From: Schmidtea polychroa
Taxonomy: Eukaryota
Direction: 5' to 3'
Length of the DNA: 64,000 nucleotides
Assembly: GCA_044892525.1 (NCBI GenBank)
Contig: CM097885.1
Location: 54,932,001 to 54,996,000, forward strand
The notes beneath the pieces were generated by a model that was not told the origin of the DNA, did not search any database, and saw only the letters and a list, made by a program, of their open reading frames with translations. Shown here one piece after another: positions 13,622 through 27,239 of the stretch. The position numbers and the translations under genes are program-made. Position 1 is the stretch's first letter; the number at the start of each line of letters is the position of its first letter.

Positions 13622-16600
13622 CTATAGAGCTGCTGCACCAATTTTATCTCGGACCAAATAAAATGCAGAAACTAAAGAATAGCATTGTATTTTATCTGAA
13701 CAACCAAGCGATGAATTCCTTTCAATGTCGGCCAATTTTATAATTAATTCTGTCATTGCAATGTCTGGGAAATTGACTAAACAAAAAAATATGTTTAGTC
13801 TGAAATAGACAACTTTTGATAATTTGACACAATGGTGAAATAATGACTTGACGCCATAGCAACAATTTAGGTGCAGTCATTTTTGGAATCATATATTGCT
13901 ACTAGTAGCAACATTAATAAATTTGTAGTAAAATATTATTTGCTGTCTGTTGAGATAAAATTTCATAGCAAAAATTCTCACACAATTGCAAATATATTGC
14001 AGAAATTTAAAATCTTAAATAATTAGTCAAAGTTAAGTTAATATTGTTTGCAAATTTTCTGCTTTCAAGAAAGAGAAGAAGAACATATGAAGGAGTTTGC
14101 AGGATTTACGTTACGAATAAGAAGAATTTAAAATTAGACCTGCAAAACTATTATACTGAATTAAACAGAAAGGTTGAATGGATAAGACAGTACAATAATA
14201 AATAATCTGAAAAAGTTTTTACTGCAAAATACGTATTAAATGAGAAAATTTCTGATTAAAAGAAAAATTTAGCTAGAATGTTTAAAAGCTTGTTGGTTAT
14301 CTGTTTAATATTTATTTTCACCTTAGAATTTAATTGAGTAAAATTTTAAATGAAAAGTAAATTAAATATAAATTTTTTTAAATATTAGAAATTTAAAATT
14401 ACTGAAAGTTTATTATTAAAAGTTTCTCTTTATAAAAAATAAAAACATTTTAATTCTATTGAATTTTCACTAATGGAAGGGAGATAAAAATAAGTACACT
14501 AGAGCCTCGAGTTGCGTTGTCCCAACTTGCGTCCTTTCGAGTTGCGCCAAAAAAATTTTCGATACCCTAATTTTGAGTTGCATTGCTAATTTTCGAAATG
14601 CGTGGAAAAAAAGTTTTAAAATAAAATTTAACCCTACACTGCATGACTTTTTATATTTACACTTTCACTTAAACTGTAAGACGTTTTAAAAATTGATTTG
14701 GTAATACAAAACTATTGAGAATTACATTACGGTTTTTTTGTATTATATTGCAAATATAGCCAATACAATGTAATATGAGAGAACATTTACCGAGAACAAG
14801 AGCGAGACAGTTGTTATTCTAATAAGATAATTGTGTATCACCAGTGATACCATATGCAGTGTAGGGTTAATCAAAAAATAGCATAACGTCTATATTCAAA
14901 AATTAAACTTTAAACCGAAACTAGAATGCCATGATTTATTTTTAAATGCAGCTGCAAATGAAATAATTTTTTATTGTGTATTTATTAGTATAAAAGTCTA
15001 GTTCTTAGTTGTTTGCATAACTTATAACTTATAACGTTTAAGTGTTTCTTGCTTTTTTAATAATAATTGTTTTAAATTCTAAAAACTCAATTACAATATA
15101 TATACATTTCTCAAAGGTATTACATTTTGTTTATTGTTTTTTATTATTTTTTTGGTTTGTAATTGATTTTTTGAAATATTTTTTATTGCCCTATTGTAGA
15201 ATAGAATTATGAATCGTAAACGATCGTCAGATGAAAATGGTAAAAAATCTACGAAAAGAAATAAAAAAGTAATATCTTTGGACGTAAAACATGATATTTT
15301 ACAACGTTTCCAAGCGGGAGAAAAAGCGGTTTTCATTGGCAGAGATCTCGGGCTAGCTCCAACAACAGTAAGAACTATCTGCAATCGCGATGCAAAACAA
15401 ATCAAAACATTATATGAAGCAGCAACAGGTTCCCAATTAAAAAGTACTGTTATAAATCGAAATTCATTAATAGTTAAAATGGAATCTCTACTTTTAATTT
15501 GGATTGAACATCAAACTCAAAAAAGTATGCCGCTGAGCAAAATGGTTATTCAAGCCAAAGCCAAATCTATTTACGATGATCTGCAAGAAAAACTTCCAAT
15601 ATCGAATAAAGCAATTTATGAACAATTTAACGCTAGTGGTGGATGGTTTGAGCGTTTTAAATTTCGCGGAAATCTGCACAACATTTGTTTGAAAGGTGAG
15701 GCAGCTAGTGCAGATCTCACAGCAGCAAATGATTTTAATAAAATATTGAAGGCTGTTATACAGGAAGGTGGCTACAGTTCTAAACAGGTTTGTTTTGGAA
15801 ACGTCTGCCGAAAAGAACCTATATAGCAAAAACAGAATCTTCTGCAACTGGTTTTAAAGTAAGTAAAGATCGCCTAACTATACTTCTTGGAGGCAATGCC
15901 AATGGTGACTTCAAACTAAAACCATTGTTAGTTTATCAGGCTGAGAATCCTAGAGCTCTAAAAGGTGTTGATAAAAGAAATCTTCCTGTGCATTGGCGAT
16001 CTAATAAAAAAGCTTGGGTCACTGTTTCTTTGTTTGTTGATTGGTTGGTCAAATGCGCCATTCCTGAGTTCAAAAACTATTGCAAACGGGAAAATTTAAC
16101 TTTTAAAATATTGGTACTACTGGATAATGCACCAGGACATCCAACATATATAGATGATCTATCAGATAATGTAAAATTTTTATTTATGCCTCCAAACACA
16201 ACTTCACTTATTCAACCAATGGATCAAGGAGTAATCTCAAATTTTAAGTCATACTATATTCGCCGGACATTTAAACAGCTACTGCATGCTGCCGATGCAA
16301 ATGAAGAAACTTCTATGGCTGTATTTTGGAAAAACTACAATGTATTGAAAGCTGTTAAAAATATTGGTGATTCTTGAGCAGAAGTAAAATTCTCTTGTAT
16401 GAATGGTGTATGGCAAAAAATATGGCCAGAATGTACAGCAACTTTTACGGAAGTTGACAATGTGCCATTAGTTCGGGCAGAAATAGTTAACTTAGCCCAA
16501 GAAGCTCATTTCGAAGGATTGGACGAGGCCGATTTCGATGAAATTTTAAATGTAGAAGAGGATTTTGATGTTAATTGAAATGGCTCAAAATTTTTATGAG

Positions 16601-19600
16601 AATGACGACAATTCCGTAGAAGTACCAGAAGTGAAACAATTAACAACAAAGGGTATGGGGAAAGCAATTAAATTAATATCTGAGACATTAGAAATATTTG
16701 TTGCAGAAGATCCAGATACTGATCAAAGTACAAAGGTTACTCAAGCTGTAGAGGCCTCCATCAGCTGTTATAAAAAAATTTATTTGGATAAAAAACAAAA
16801 GGCAGTTCAAATAACTCTGAATAATTTTATAATAAAACAACCAAAAGAAAAGCAAACGCCAAGTCCTGAACCAACGTATGAATAAGAATCTGAATAAATT
16901 CTATAAATTTATGTTGCTTCATTATTTTACATTATTTTAAAATTCTATTAATGTTTGCATTAGTTTTTGGTTTAATAAAACTTATTAAATAATAGTTAAT
17001 CTATTCATACCTATTTTTTATTTAAATATGTAGCAATATAACTAATTTTTTTTTAAAAACATGGATTTCAGATTTTATCGGAACCTATTATATAAAAACA
17101 AATACAATGTATACAAAATTAGAATTCGAATTGCGTTGTTTCGAGATGCGTCGCGATTTATTGGAACGCATTAACGACGCAACTCGAGGCTCTAGTGTAT
17201 TTAATTTTAATTGATTTAAAATATTAATTAAAATATTTATTTTAAATACTTAAAATATGCTCAATAATATCAATTAAAAGATAAATTATAAGAACTTTTT
17301 TCAATTTTCACCTCTGAATTCTTTTCAATTTTCAAAATTTTACTATGAATCAATAAAGATGAATCAGGTCAAGTTACAATCTCATCAGAAATGGGATCGA
17401 TTTCTGAAAAATGAGATTTATATTCTATTCTTGTGGTGTTCATTGAAAATTCTAAAGAGTGCCAAAATTATGCACACACAGGAAAAGTATTTTTAATAGC
17501 TAGTTTCCGATTTCAAAGGTCTTGCGGGCCAAGTGAAATACGTAGAATTATTGATTAATCTTAAAATTTTAGGCAAGACTCTGATATCGTGGTTTAAACG
17601 ATTCATGTGCAAAATTTATGACATCACAAATCAGAAAATGGAAAAATTGGTAGAACATACTGTAGAAGTAGAAGAATCCAAAATATATACACATAAATAT
17701 TTAGAAAGAATATTCAAAAACCAAAACAAATGTGTGGAATTAAATAATGTGGCATGATAATTACGCAACGAAGAAATTGGAGGATAACAATTAACTTTCA
17801 AATAACATTGTATCAAGATCTAGGTTAATTGCGGATGTACTGTTATATCATAGTGAAAATTTTATCGATTCAATAAACTAAGAGATTAAACTAAGAGAAC
17901 ACTAAAACGCAAATCCCCGATTTCGAAAACTTAGAAGGCATAGGTATTTGTTTAGATAAATTTAGGTTTGAAAGATATTATAATTTCCGGAATAGCAGTG
18001 AATGTGTAAATGCTTAAGTTTCTTTATGCCAAATAAATTGAGATTTTTTATAATTAATATATTATTTTATCAAATGTTATATTATTTTATTTCTTCTTTT
18101 ATTAATTTAAATTAAATATTTATATTTATTCCTCTCCCTTATTAAATAAACCTAATAATAATAATAATTAATAATAATTATTATTACAATGCGCCATTCA
18201 AACATACGTTTCACGCTATATTTCAACAATTTTACTAGCAACTGATATTGCAATTGTTGGATTAGGGAGTTACTTTATTATTGCTGTAAATGAAAAATGC
18301 CCATTCAGTTTTAACTGAGTACACCTGAAGAACAACTTGTTTTCAAACTTCATATTTCTTAGTGCTTCAAAGATCCTAAATCAAGAAGATAACATACTAT
18401 TTGGAGTGTTAACTTATCTAAAGTAGAAAATCAAATTATCATTGTGACTTTGTATTTTATCAATTTAGATTTAAATGGAAAGTAAAAGAGAAAATTATCG
18501 TATTAGAGTAAATCAAAGAATTTCAGGATATTATGTCATTATATTATCATTCATTTCCATTTCTAACTAACAAACGGTAACTAGCAAAGGAAATTTAGAG
18601 GAATGTTTAGAATAATTCTTCTTGGGAATGTCATAGCAATCGGATTTCTCTGTTAAAAATAGCCTTAAAAATCGATTGCAGATAAAATAAAAAATTTCAT
18701 TTATCTCATAAATTTAATTATTGATGATCAGACATCATGTACTTCTGTACATTATTTATATTTTAACATCGTCAGATCCGATGTTTATCTATACGTTTCA
18801 AATACATATTTGTGATGTATGTCTGTTCCTAATAATAATAATAATATTAAAAATAATAATAATAGTTGGTTTGAATATCGTTCTATTGGAATTGGGCTAA
18901 AGGTTTTTTGGATTTCAAATGTTCTTTTTGGTTCAAGCCACTTTTGCATTTTAACATCAGTTAATCTGGAAATTTCATTTATTCCTTTCTGCTCAGTAGT
19001 CAAACTGGTTACAAACAGGTTGTTGTCAACAATGCAACCATAAATGTTCTTTCGTTTACTAGATTCTCTTTCTCTGTAACACTTTGATCCTCTTTCCAGA
19101 AGAAATCAAATCCGTGGATTTATTAATACTCTTTGCATCATTAGGAATCTTTGTTGGTCATTATCATCGGCGATTGTTATTAGATTATATTTCCATTCAA
19201 CTTCAAGAGAATTTGTAGATATGACGTTTGAACAATGTTTATTCATATAGGACTGTGGAGATAACGCAACGAAATAGCCAATCAGTGAATATTTGAATTG
19301 TAGAGTGTAGATTGTCAGTAATTTAGTTAAATCTTCTGAGAACTTGTCAATCGAACATGAAGCATTGAGAGATAGAGTAGATGCTTTTGTGTGGTTCAAT
19401 TCAGGAATGAGTTTATATGGATTGTTTTTAGACACGAATTCTGCGTTACTTCCGTTAATATATCTTGCAACTGTTGATGTTTGCTCTACCATTTAAATAT
19501 TTTGAAATTTTAAAGACAGTTCCATCGTAGACATATCGATTTAGTGAGTTCAGATTTTGAACTTTCTGAATGTTTTTCATAACTTTTAAGTGGAAAGAAC

Positions 19601-20603
19601 TCTTCAATGATAAATAAAAGACAAACACGGTCATGGTCACCAGATGTTAGAGATGATAATATATATTCGAAACTTTCACTGAAATTATCCGATGTAAATT
19701 CCTCTACCTCAATGATGTTTCAATTGAAATGTTATAGATTTAAGAGCGCATTTATCATCCGTTTGTAAAAGTCCATTTAAATTAACTTGATAGACATAAG
19801 TACAAAATTTTTCATCATTATTCAAATCTTTTAACGAACTCTTAATTAAAGGAGTTTTTCCAGAACCTATTTTAACAATGATCATCATTGAATTACTTCC
19901 ACCATGTATATAAGCGTTTTTGATGTTGTGGATAATTCTACTTTCATAACTTTCTCATCTAAAGAAATCATGATCCCACCTCGCAAAGAATTTACAATTT
20001 CGTACATGAAATTTGAGTTCATATAAAATATAATCCAAACTAGTTTAAGAAAATTTCGAAGTCAAATAATTTTTATTCACTATTTTAAAACACAATTAAT
20101 CTTTATTAAATTCTTTTAATAATTTTTAAANNNNNNNNNNNNNNNNNNNNNNNNNNNNNNNNNNNNNNNNNNNNNNNNNNNNNNNNNNNNNNNNNNNNNN
20201 NNNNNNNNNNNNNNNNNNNNNNNNNNNNNNNNNNNNNNNNNNNNNNNNNNNNNNNNNNNNNNNNNNNNNNNAAGTTAACANNNNNNNNNNNNNNNNNNNN
20301 NNNNNNNNNNNNNNNNNNNNNNNNNNNNNNNNNNNNNNNNNNNNNNNNNNNNNNNNNNNNNNNNNNNNNNNNNNNNNNNNNNNNNNNNNNNNNNNNNNNN
20401 NNNNNNNNNNNNNNNNNNNNNNNNNNNNNNNNNNNNNNNNNNNNNNNAATATTAAAAATAATAATAACAAATATTATTATTATGTTAACAATAATTATAA
20501 AAATATTAAAAATAATAATAATAAAGTTAATAATTATAAAAATATTAAAAATAATTAGTATTAATAATTAATAATATTAATTATTATTATTATTATTATT
20601 ATA

Positions 20604-20635
<32 letters not shown>

Positions 20636-23600
20636 GTTAATAATAATTATTATTATATTAAAAAGCAATTTAGTGAGATTTCATCATTGTCAGCAAATCA
20701 AATGCAATTGATAAATGTGCACAATTTAAACAAAATAAACCTTTAGTTAGAAATTTCATCAATTCCGTTATGATATCACTCAGAGCGATGGATTTATCGA
20801 TTCTGATTTCTGTCATTCCTTGAAAAGAAGCGCTAAATAATACAAATACGAAAACCTCAATCCTAACTTTTCATGCTATTTACGATGTCCTCATTCAGTA
20901 GAATATTCAATATTAATTTCATGTCATCCGGTGTGGGTTTACCGACACAAGCATATACATTCGTCTCGTTCACAATATCGAATGACATGGAAGTGCATTG
21001 AAGAACATTTATCGCTTGTCTCATGTCTCCATTGGATAATCGGATCAAAGCTTCCAATCCATCTGGTGTATAATTCACTCTGTTAATTTATTTAAAGGTG
21101 CCAACTTAGGAGATTAATTTACTTTTCTTCATTAATTATATGCATTAACCTCGGCTGGATTTGTTCCGACTTCAGAGGTGAGAATCTAAATCGGGTACAT
21201 CTAGATTGAATGGCTGGTATTATTTTATTTTGATAATTGCATATTAAGCAAAATCTGGTGAATTCGGAATATTTTTCTATTACTAAAATTTATTGAAATA
21301 AATTATAATTTTATATTTAAATAATAATATTCAATATTTAATTCAATATTCAATATATTTAATTACAAATTAATATTTATTATTCAATCCAATAGAGATT
21401 TTTTCCACTTGCCTTTAATCGTTCTGTATGTAGAATTGCAATTTTTAATTTTTCCTTTTTCTTTTCATTTTTTACAATGTGTTGATGAGAAAGAAACTCG
21501 CTTACACATATTTTTTAAAATTGTCATGTTAACTGATTTCTTTTTTATGATGTAATTTCATCATATAATTTAACAAATTAATTTTACCCAAAATTTTTAT
21601 AAATTTCTTATTTTTCTTAATATAATTTTTATCACTTAAAAAAAATAATTTTGATAAAATATTGTTTAAAAAAGGCCGGTACTCTATTAGACCTTTAGGT
21701 CCGTTATTTTTAAACTATTATTATTTAAATTATTATATTATTTATTGATAAAATAATTCATAATTTATCGTGGGAAAAATGATTAAAATAACAAAGAAAA
21801 GAGAGATTAATTAGGAAAACTGCACAATTAATGAAAAGTGGACTTTTTATTATTTCTTTATTAATAATTACAATAAAGCATATTTCTAATTTGCAAAGAA
21901 TCTATGAGCGTGTTCAAAGAATTTAATTTGCGTCACCACTACGAAACGAAACATAAAAGGGAATATGATAAATCTGAATCGCAATTCAGACAAAATAAAA
22001 TTAATTCTTTACAGGAATCATTTGAAGCACAGCAAAACAGCTCTAAAAAATGTAAGGAACAAAATTCAGTATTGGTCAAAATATCCTTACATATTTCAAA
22101 ATTAATTGCTGAACAAAACAAACCATTTACGGATGGAGAGTTCATTAAAATTCTTCTTGACTGCTGTTAACGAAATTTTAACAGAAAAAATTAAAAAATT
22201 AGAAGATATTAGTTTGTCTGCACATACAGTTCGACGTATTGAAAATATAACAACTAGTATGTTTAATAAGTTAAGAGAAAACTCTTCACAATTTGATGTA
22301 TTTTTCACTAGCACTTGATGAAAGCAACGATATAACTAGCACCGCTCAATTCTTGATTTTTATCAGTGGAATTGATAAACAATTTTGTGTAACAGAAGAA
22401 CTTTCTGCATTGAATATTGTAGTAAAATCCATCAATTATTTTCGAGAAAATGGTATGAACCATCGAACATTTCGGAATTTCTTAAATGAAATTGACGCAA
22501 AATATGAAGATATTATTTACTTTAAAAAGATTTTTCGAGTTGAGAGACGAGATTGAAATGATTTTGGCAGCAAAAGGAAATATTATATCAGAGTTATCTA
22601 ATTTTAAATGGATAAGCAAGTTAGCTTTTCTTGTATATATTACAACTTACCTCAATAAATTAAATTTAACGCAACAATGTAAAGGAAAGTTATTCAAAGG
22701 GCTATTTACAGAATTCAAAAGTTTCCAGCTTAAAATAAAATTGTTTATTACTCAATTTGAAAAGAATAATTATTCTCATTTTCCTTCGAATGTTTTTATT
22801 GGGTCACTAAAAGTACTGGAGGAGAATTTTCGTCATCGGTTTCAGGATTTTTATGCAAAAGAAATGGACGTAGTAGAAAACAAATTTCCCAATTTAAGAA
22901 ATTATGCAAAATCAGTGATTTGTATATTTTCGAGCACCTATTTATGCGAACAAAATTTCAAGAATGAATTTCATAAAATCAATATACAGAACAGGTTTGA
23001 CGGATGAAAATTTACAACACTTGTTAAGGATCTCAGTATCCTAAACAGAACCAGACTTAAATGAATTAACAGAAAATATTCAAGAACAAAAAGCACATTG
23101 AATTTTAATAAATGAATAAACTGAAAACTTTGCTATTTTCATATTTTCCCTATACATATGTAATAAAGCATTTTTTTTTACTTTTTAAGAGTTGCAAAAT
23201 TTTTGTTCTCTGGCATTATTGTTATTATAGGATGTTAAAAATAATATCGAAAAGGTTGCCGACCCCTGATTTAGACAATAATGACATTAGAATTACAAAT
23301 TTTCCTTTGGTTATTACATAATAATAAGTAATATCAAAATTTTATAAAATTAGTTCGGAGAGTGACATTTTTTTAAAACTGTATTTTTTTATTGCAATTT
23401 TCGTTAATAATATATGAAAACTCATCATATGATAATGGAGGTAAACACTGAAAAAATCACATGCTTAACATACTATACTTATATTCGAAAAAATTAAAGC
23501 GAACTAAATTTACGAAAAAGCAATACTTATAAAATGAATAAAAATCAATGGTAGAAAAAAATTAATAATAATAATTCGAGACGATAAAACTTATATAGGT

Positions 23601-26600
23601 ATGTGCCAAATCACGACTACTATCCGTTCAAGCAGTAGACATTTAATTTTGCTGATTAATTTTGCAGACTTTATCTTTCTATAGACAGTATTGTATTTGT
23701 CAACAAAGTTATTGTTTCGGCCGATCTACTATCATAAGTCAAATTATCAATTAGACTTATGATAGCTTGTGTACGCATTGAATTTTAGACGGTTGGGATA
23801 TTGTGGGCCGAGTGAGTGATTGTAGTTTGATGTCAGTTTTCTTTGTTGTGATTCACTCATTATTTATTTATTTTTATTTGTAGTTTGATTAATTGTTGGA
23901 ATATAATTTTTTAAATTATTGGTTTCTGGAATTTTAAATGAAGGATTTTGATTTTAAAAAGTCAATACAAAGAAGATAAAATCGATGAAGTGTGATGTGA
24001 AAAGTTCTTTTAGTGATTCAATCATTGACTCGTTGAATGAAAACAAAATATATCGGAATTTAGCACGAAAGAGTTAGAATTAACCGACCATACAGATTTA
24101 AAGTGTTAAGTACACTTGATTCGAATGAAAAAGTTCAATCTAATGAACACGCATCTAAGAATTTGATGAATTTCAACAGAACTTATAAAGATATGCATTT
24201 GATTATTAAATATTAAGCTATGTATAATGACTATGAATTTGGAATTAAAATATATTAATATTGGTAAAGTATAAATAAATACAAATTCTTAAAATGTCTC
24301 GGAATTCCCGTTCAAGTTATAATCACCAAGATCAGTTATTATTAATAAAAGTCATTTTAAGTCTCAAATTAATCAAATCTTTAATAATACGATAAACTTT
24401 AAAAAACAACAGATTTCCTTTAATAATCAGTGAGATTGGTTCAAAAAATGTTGATTAGAGAAATGAAAATAGCGATATTTGAGATAAACTGTTTGTAGTA
24501 ATAAAAATAAAAAAACAGTAAAGTAATCAAATATTTTCCGGTTAAAGTACAAAAATGGATAAAGTATTAGACAATGTTAATAACGAAAATATTATGAGAT
24601 AACTAAAAATTATATTTTATTTTGAACTTAATTGAATTTTTATTTATTTAAATAATTGAATTTATTTTTATTTTCGATATACTTTTGCACAAAATTTTCT
24701 CTATAAAGCATAAATCTCTCGGACCTTATCATGAAATTTGCAGTTATTTTTTAACTGAAATTTTTAGGTCACTGCAACTATTTCCAGTTTCCTATTCATT
24801 TCCATTATGAAATGAGTAACTTTAAAATAGTGAACTGTGTAATATATAATAATTACTATTCAACATCGTCGATTGGTTAAATTGATAGTAATTTAAAAAT
24901 AAATCGTAAGTTTATTTTCTTTAAAGGTACTTTAAGGAAAATTTGAACTTTTTTGAAATGTATGAGTAATTATTCCCTAAGAACTATTAAATGTTAAATT
25001 TTAATATTTTTAACTGGATTTTAGGATTACATAATATTAATAATTATTCTATGAAATAACTTCTATGTGGAAACTTCAAAGTTAAAAATTAATTTTCTCA
25101 GTTATAATTATTAGTAGGGCAGGGAATAATTTGCATTGAAAATTGAAAATTTTGCATTTTTGAATGATAGATATTAATGTTAATTTTTAAAATAAAAAGT
25201 TTGAAAAGCGGTATGTCAGCAGACAAAAATACTGTCACGACCAAATTTGCAAATTGTTTATTCTCCGGCTGTGAGTCCTTATTTGATTTTGTATGGAAAC
25301 AAGTTTTGTATCCTTTTTTGAATTACGGTGACTATCGACAGATATTTTACGATTGTGATCTACAAATATGCTACACAAGTTTCAAAACAATTTTTGTGCC
25401 ACCTTTGAATTCGCGCACAAATCGTTTAATATTGTCGAGGACCGTTTTTTGTTTTTGACCATGTGCGATAAATTTAAAGAGAATTTAATATCGTTAAAAT
25501 TAAAACAAATAATTTTTTCAGCAAATATTTTTTGCATTTATAAAATGAATTTTGCATTTTTGGCAAATTACTTGCCGTAATTATTAGTTTTTCATCAATA
25601 ATTGTTTTGATATTTGCACTCAGGTATGGCTTATATAAATCAGTATTGTTAAGTCAAATCACTATAAATAAAAAATAAAATGTTCGCTTGATAGTTTTTT
25701 ATATAAAGTATTATAAATTATATAGAGACAGTGGCGCAACAATGTATTGTACAGGTTTTTCAATGTATAAGGCCCTATAAAGTTAAAATTGTTTGCTAAT
25801 AATCACTATTTTAATTAGACAACCCAACTGTTTCGCATCGACAGTTTTTACTATATTTGTAATCAGGAATTTAAGTTTTTGTAATTTTGCACACGTCCTT
25901 GACTTATTTGCTTGAAATCGGTGACAATTAATGGTTCAAAGGACCCAACCACAAATCCCTTCATAAGGGCCACATTAACCTTGTGACGCCAATGTAACTT
26001 ACATTATGTAAGCACATGCTCAAAGATTAGAGTACATTTGAAATTTGAATAAGGAGTAATGTGCGCAATACAACAGAAGGATTTGTGAATATAAAGTAAT
26101 AATTTGTGAGGTGCTTGCTTTGTAACATACTACAAGAATCCAAAAAACAAAATTAAGCTACTTTAATATAAAATATTTTACAATATTCTTTAAAAAATCT
26201 GTTACTCAAATCATCTAGTTAAAAATTATTCGGAATACAGAGACTTAATCTTCTTACGTTTTACTATTATATTGAAATAATAAACTTTAGTAACCCGTCA
26301 GCTAGAAATATAGGTTAAATTTGAATTTTAAAAATATTTATTAGTTATCAAATAATTTAAAATAAATTTTAGCAATAAAAGCCGAGAATGGTAGTTGGAA
26401 TATTAATTCAATTAAATTAATTATTAGTTCTACATTAAGATTTACTTCTTTTCAATGCATTCTGTGCATCTTTTGTCATTGCGTCAGCTTCATCCAGTAT
26501 AATTAATTTACTTTTTTCTTGGTGCATTGTCTTACTAGATGCAAAATTAAGAATCTCAGTCCTGACTACTTCTATTCCTCTATCATCTGAGGCATTTAAC

Positions 26601-26962
26601 TAAAATTTAATGTTATAGTTGACTTTTATTTTTAAACTATATACTTCTAAGACTAAAGATCGTACATGCTTATCGTAGATTTGCTTTGCTATAGCCAAAA
26701 TAGAACTTGTTTTCCCAGTTCCCGGTGGACCATAAAACAATAAGTGTGGTAAACTTCTTTTTGAAACAAATTTTTGAACTAAAAATTTGGACAATTATAT
26801 TTGACAAAATAATTTTATATACGAGTATGAATTATATCTTCATGACTTATAAGGTCATTTAACTGCTGTGGTCGGTATTTTTCAATCCTAGAAAATATAT
26901 AATTTTAATTTGGCATTTAAATATTTAATAATTGAAATTTACCAAGGCAAATTAACAGTCAT
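13622..26962 (-). CDS. RFC5: Replication factor C small subunit (RFC5, 36-kDa / yeast Rfc3 type); 8 exons: 26943-26962, 26823-26887, 26645-26778, 26446-26599, 21123-21282, 20868-21079, 20741-20818, 13622-13776; 325 aa
   Basis: All joins are GT-AG and in frame (978 nt). The protein reads MTVNLPWIEKYRP...[16 protein letters not shown] (Walker A)...LNASDDRGI...[19 protein letters not shown] (Walker B)...SRC...GDMRQAIN...[19 protein letters not shown]...AAAL*. The C-terminal pattern fits the RFC5 paralogue best. Confidence 0.92.
14497..17197 (+). mobile_element. Full-length Tigger/pogo DNA transposon (2.7 kb) in RFC5 intron 7; transposase pseudogene 15209-16885
   Basis: Perfect 21-bp TIR CACTAGAGCCTCGAGTTGCGT with TA TSDs. 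HTH-psq/CENP-B-type N-terminus ([10 protein letters not shown]) and DDE_1 core ([26 protein letters not shown]). Frameshift at about 15790 and a stop at 16375-16377. Confidence 0.95.
14632..14866. mobile_element. 235-bp piggyBac-type MITE nested in the Tigger 5' region
   Basis: TTAA on both sides and a perfect 13-bp TIR CCCTACACTGCAT. Confidence 0.88.
17533..17757 (+). mobile_element. Possible Merlin/ISXO2-like transposase remnant
   Basis: The ORF contains ISWFKRFMC...[15 protein letters not shown]...RIFKNQ, resembling the VEIDESKF..RKY..GR motif of IS1595/Merlin transposases. Short and degenerate; no ends found. Confidence 0.4.
18900..19960 (-). pseudogene. ORC4: Decayed ORC4-like (origin recognition complex subunit 4) copy within RFC5 intron 7
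   Basis: Translation across a frameshift gives [19 protein letters not shown]...[23 protein letters not shown]...[18 protein letters not shown]...LLFIIEEF. This matches the ORC4 pattern HGESNS..IIGPRGSGKT..LNGLLQ.NDK.AL..F.ENL..LL..L..G..IFILDEF. The confident part is about 19597-19950; the downstream part is weak. No introns seen. Confidence 0.72.
20448..20660. repeat. (AAT)n/(ATT)n-rich low-complexity tract next to an assembly gap
   Basis: Direct reading; similar shorter tracts at about 18155-18185, 18830-18865 and 34273-34335. Confidence 0.85.
21904..23268 (+). mobile_element. Degenerate Charlie/SPIN-type (GTF2IRD2-like) hAT transposon, 5' end missing, in RFC5 intron 4
   Basis: Fragments [60 protein letters not shown] and FSSTYLCEQ. 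Right TIR CAGGGGTCGGCAACCT ends at 23268; left TIR not found. Confidence 0.85.
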
Positions 26963-27239
26963 TATAAATTTTAATTAAAGGCAATATTAAAACAACGAAT
27001 TGAAAAATAAAATTCTAAAATATTAAATTCTAGAATATTAAAGATTATATAAATTTTAATTTAATTAAATTAAATCTATTTTAATAATTAGTACTAATAA
27101 TTAGAGTATATAAAATTAATTAGTAAGATAAAGAAAAATAGATCGGAGTGAAGTTTTATTGACACAAGGAAATCACAACGTTTTTTAAATTCTATTTTTA
27201 TCACAAAATCTGCATATTAAAACAAATTTAATTATGTAA

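Noticed and set aside
15091-15847. Antisense or overlapping short ORFs over TE coding regions (also 10488-10811, 21939-22314, 27802-28002, 36988-37266, 39302-39490)
   Set aside because: Shadow frames of transposase or retroelement genes on the opposite strand.
18189-18470. Plus-strand transmembrane-like reading frame
   Set aside because: Short, interrupted by stops, and with no identifiable family.
25729-25994. Possible hAT MITE (CAGTGGCG ends); similar lone hAT-like ends at 35803, about 41070 and about 57327
   Set aside because: TIRs are imperfect or unpaired and no TSD is present.
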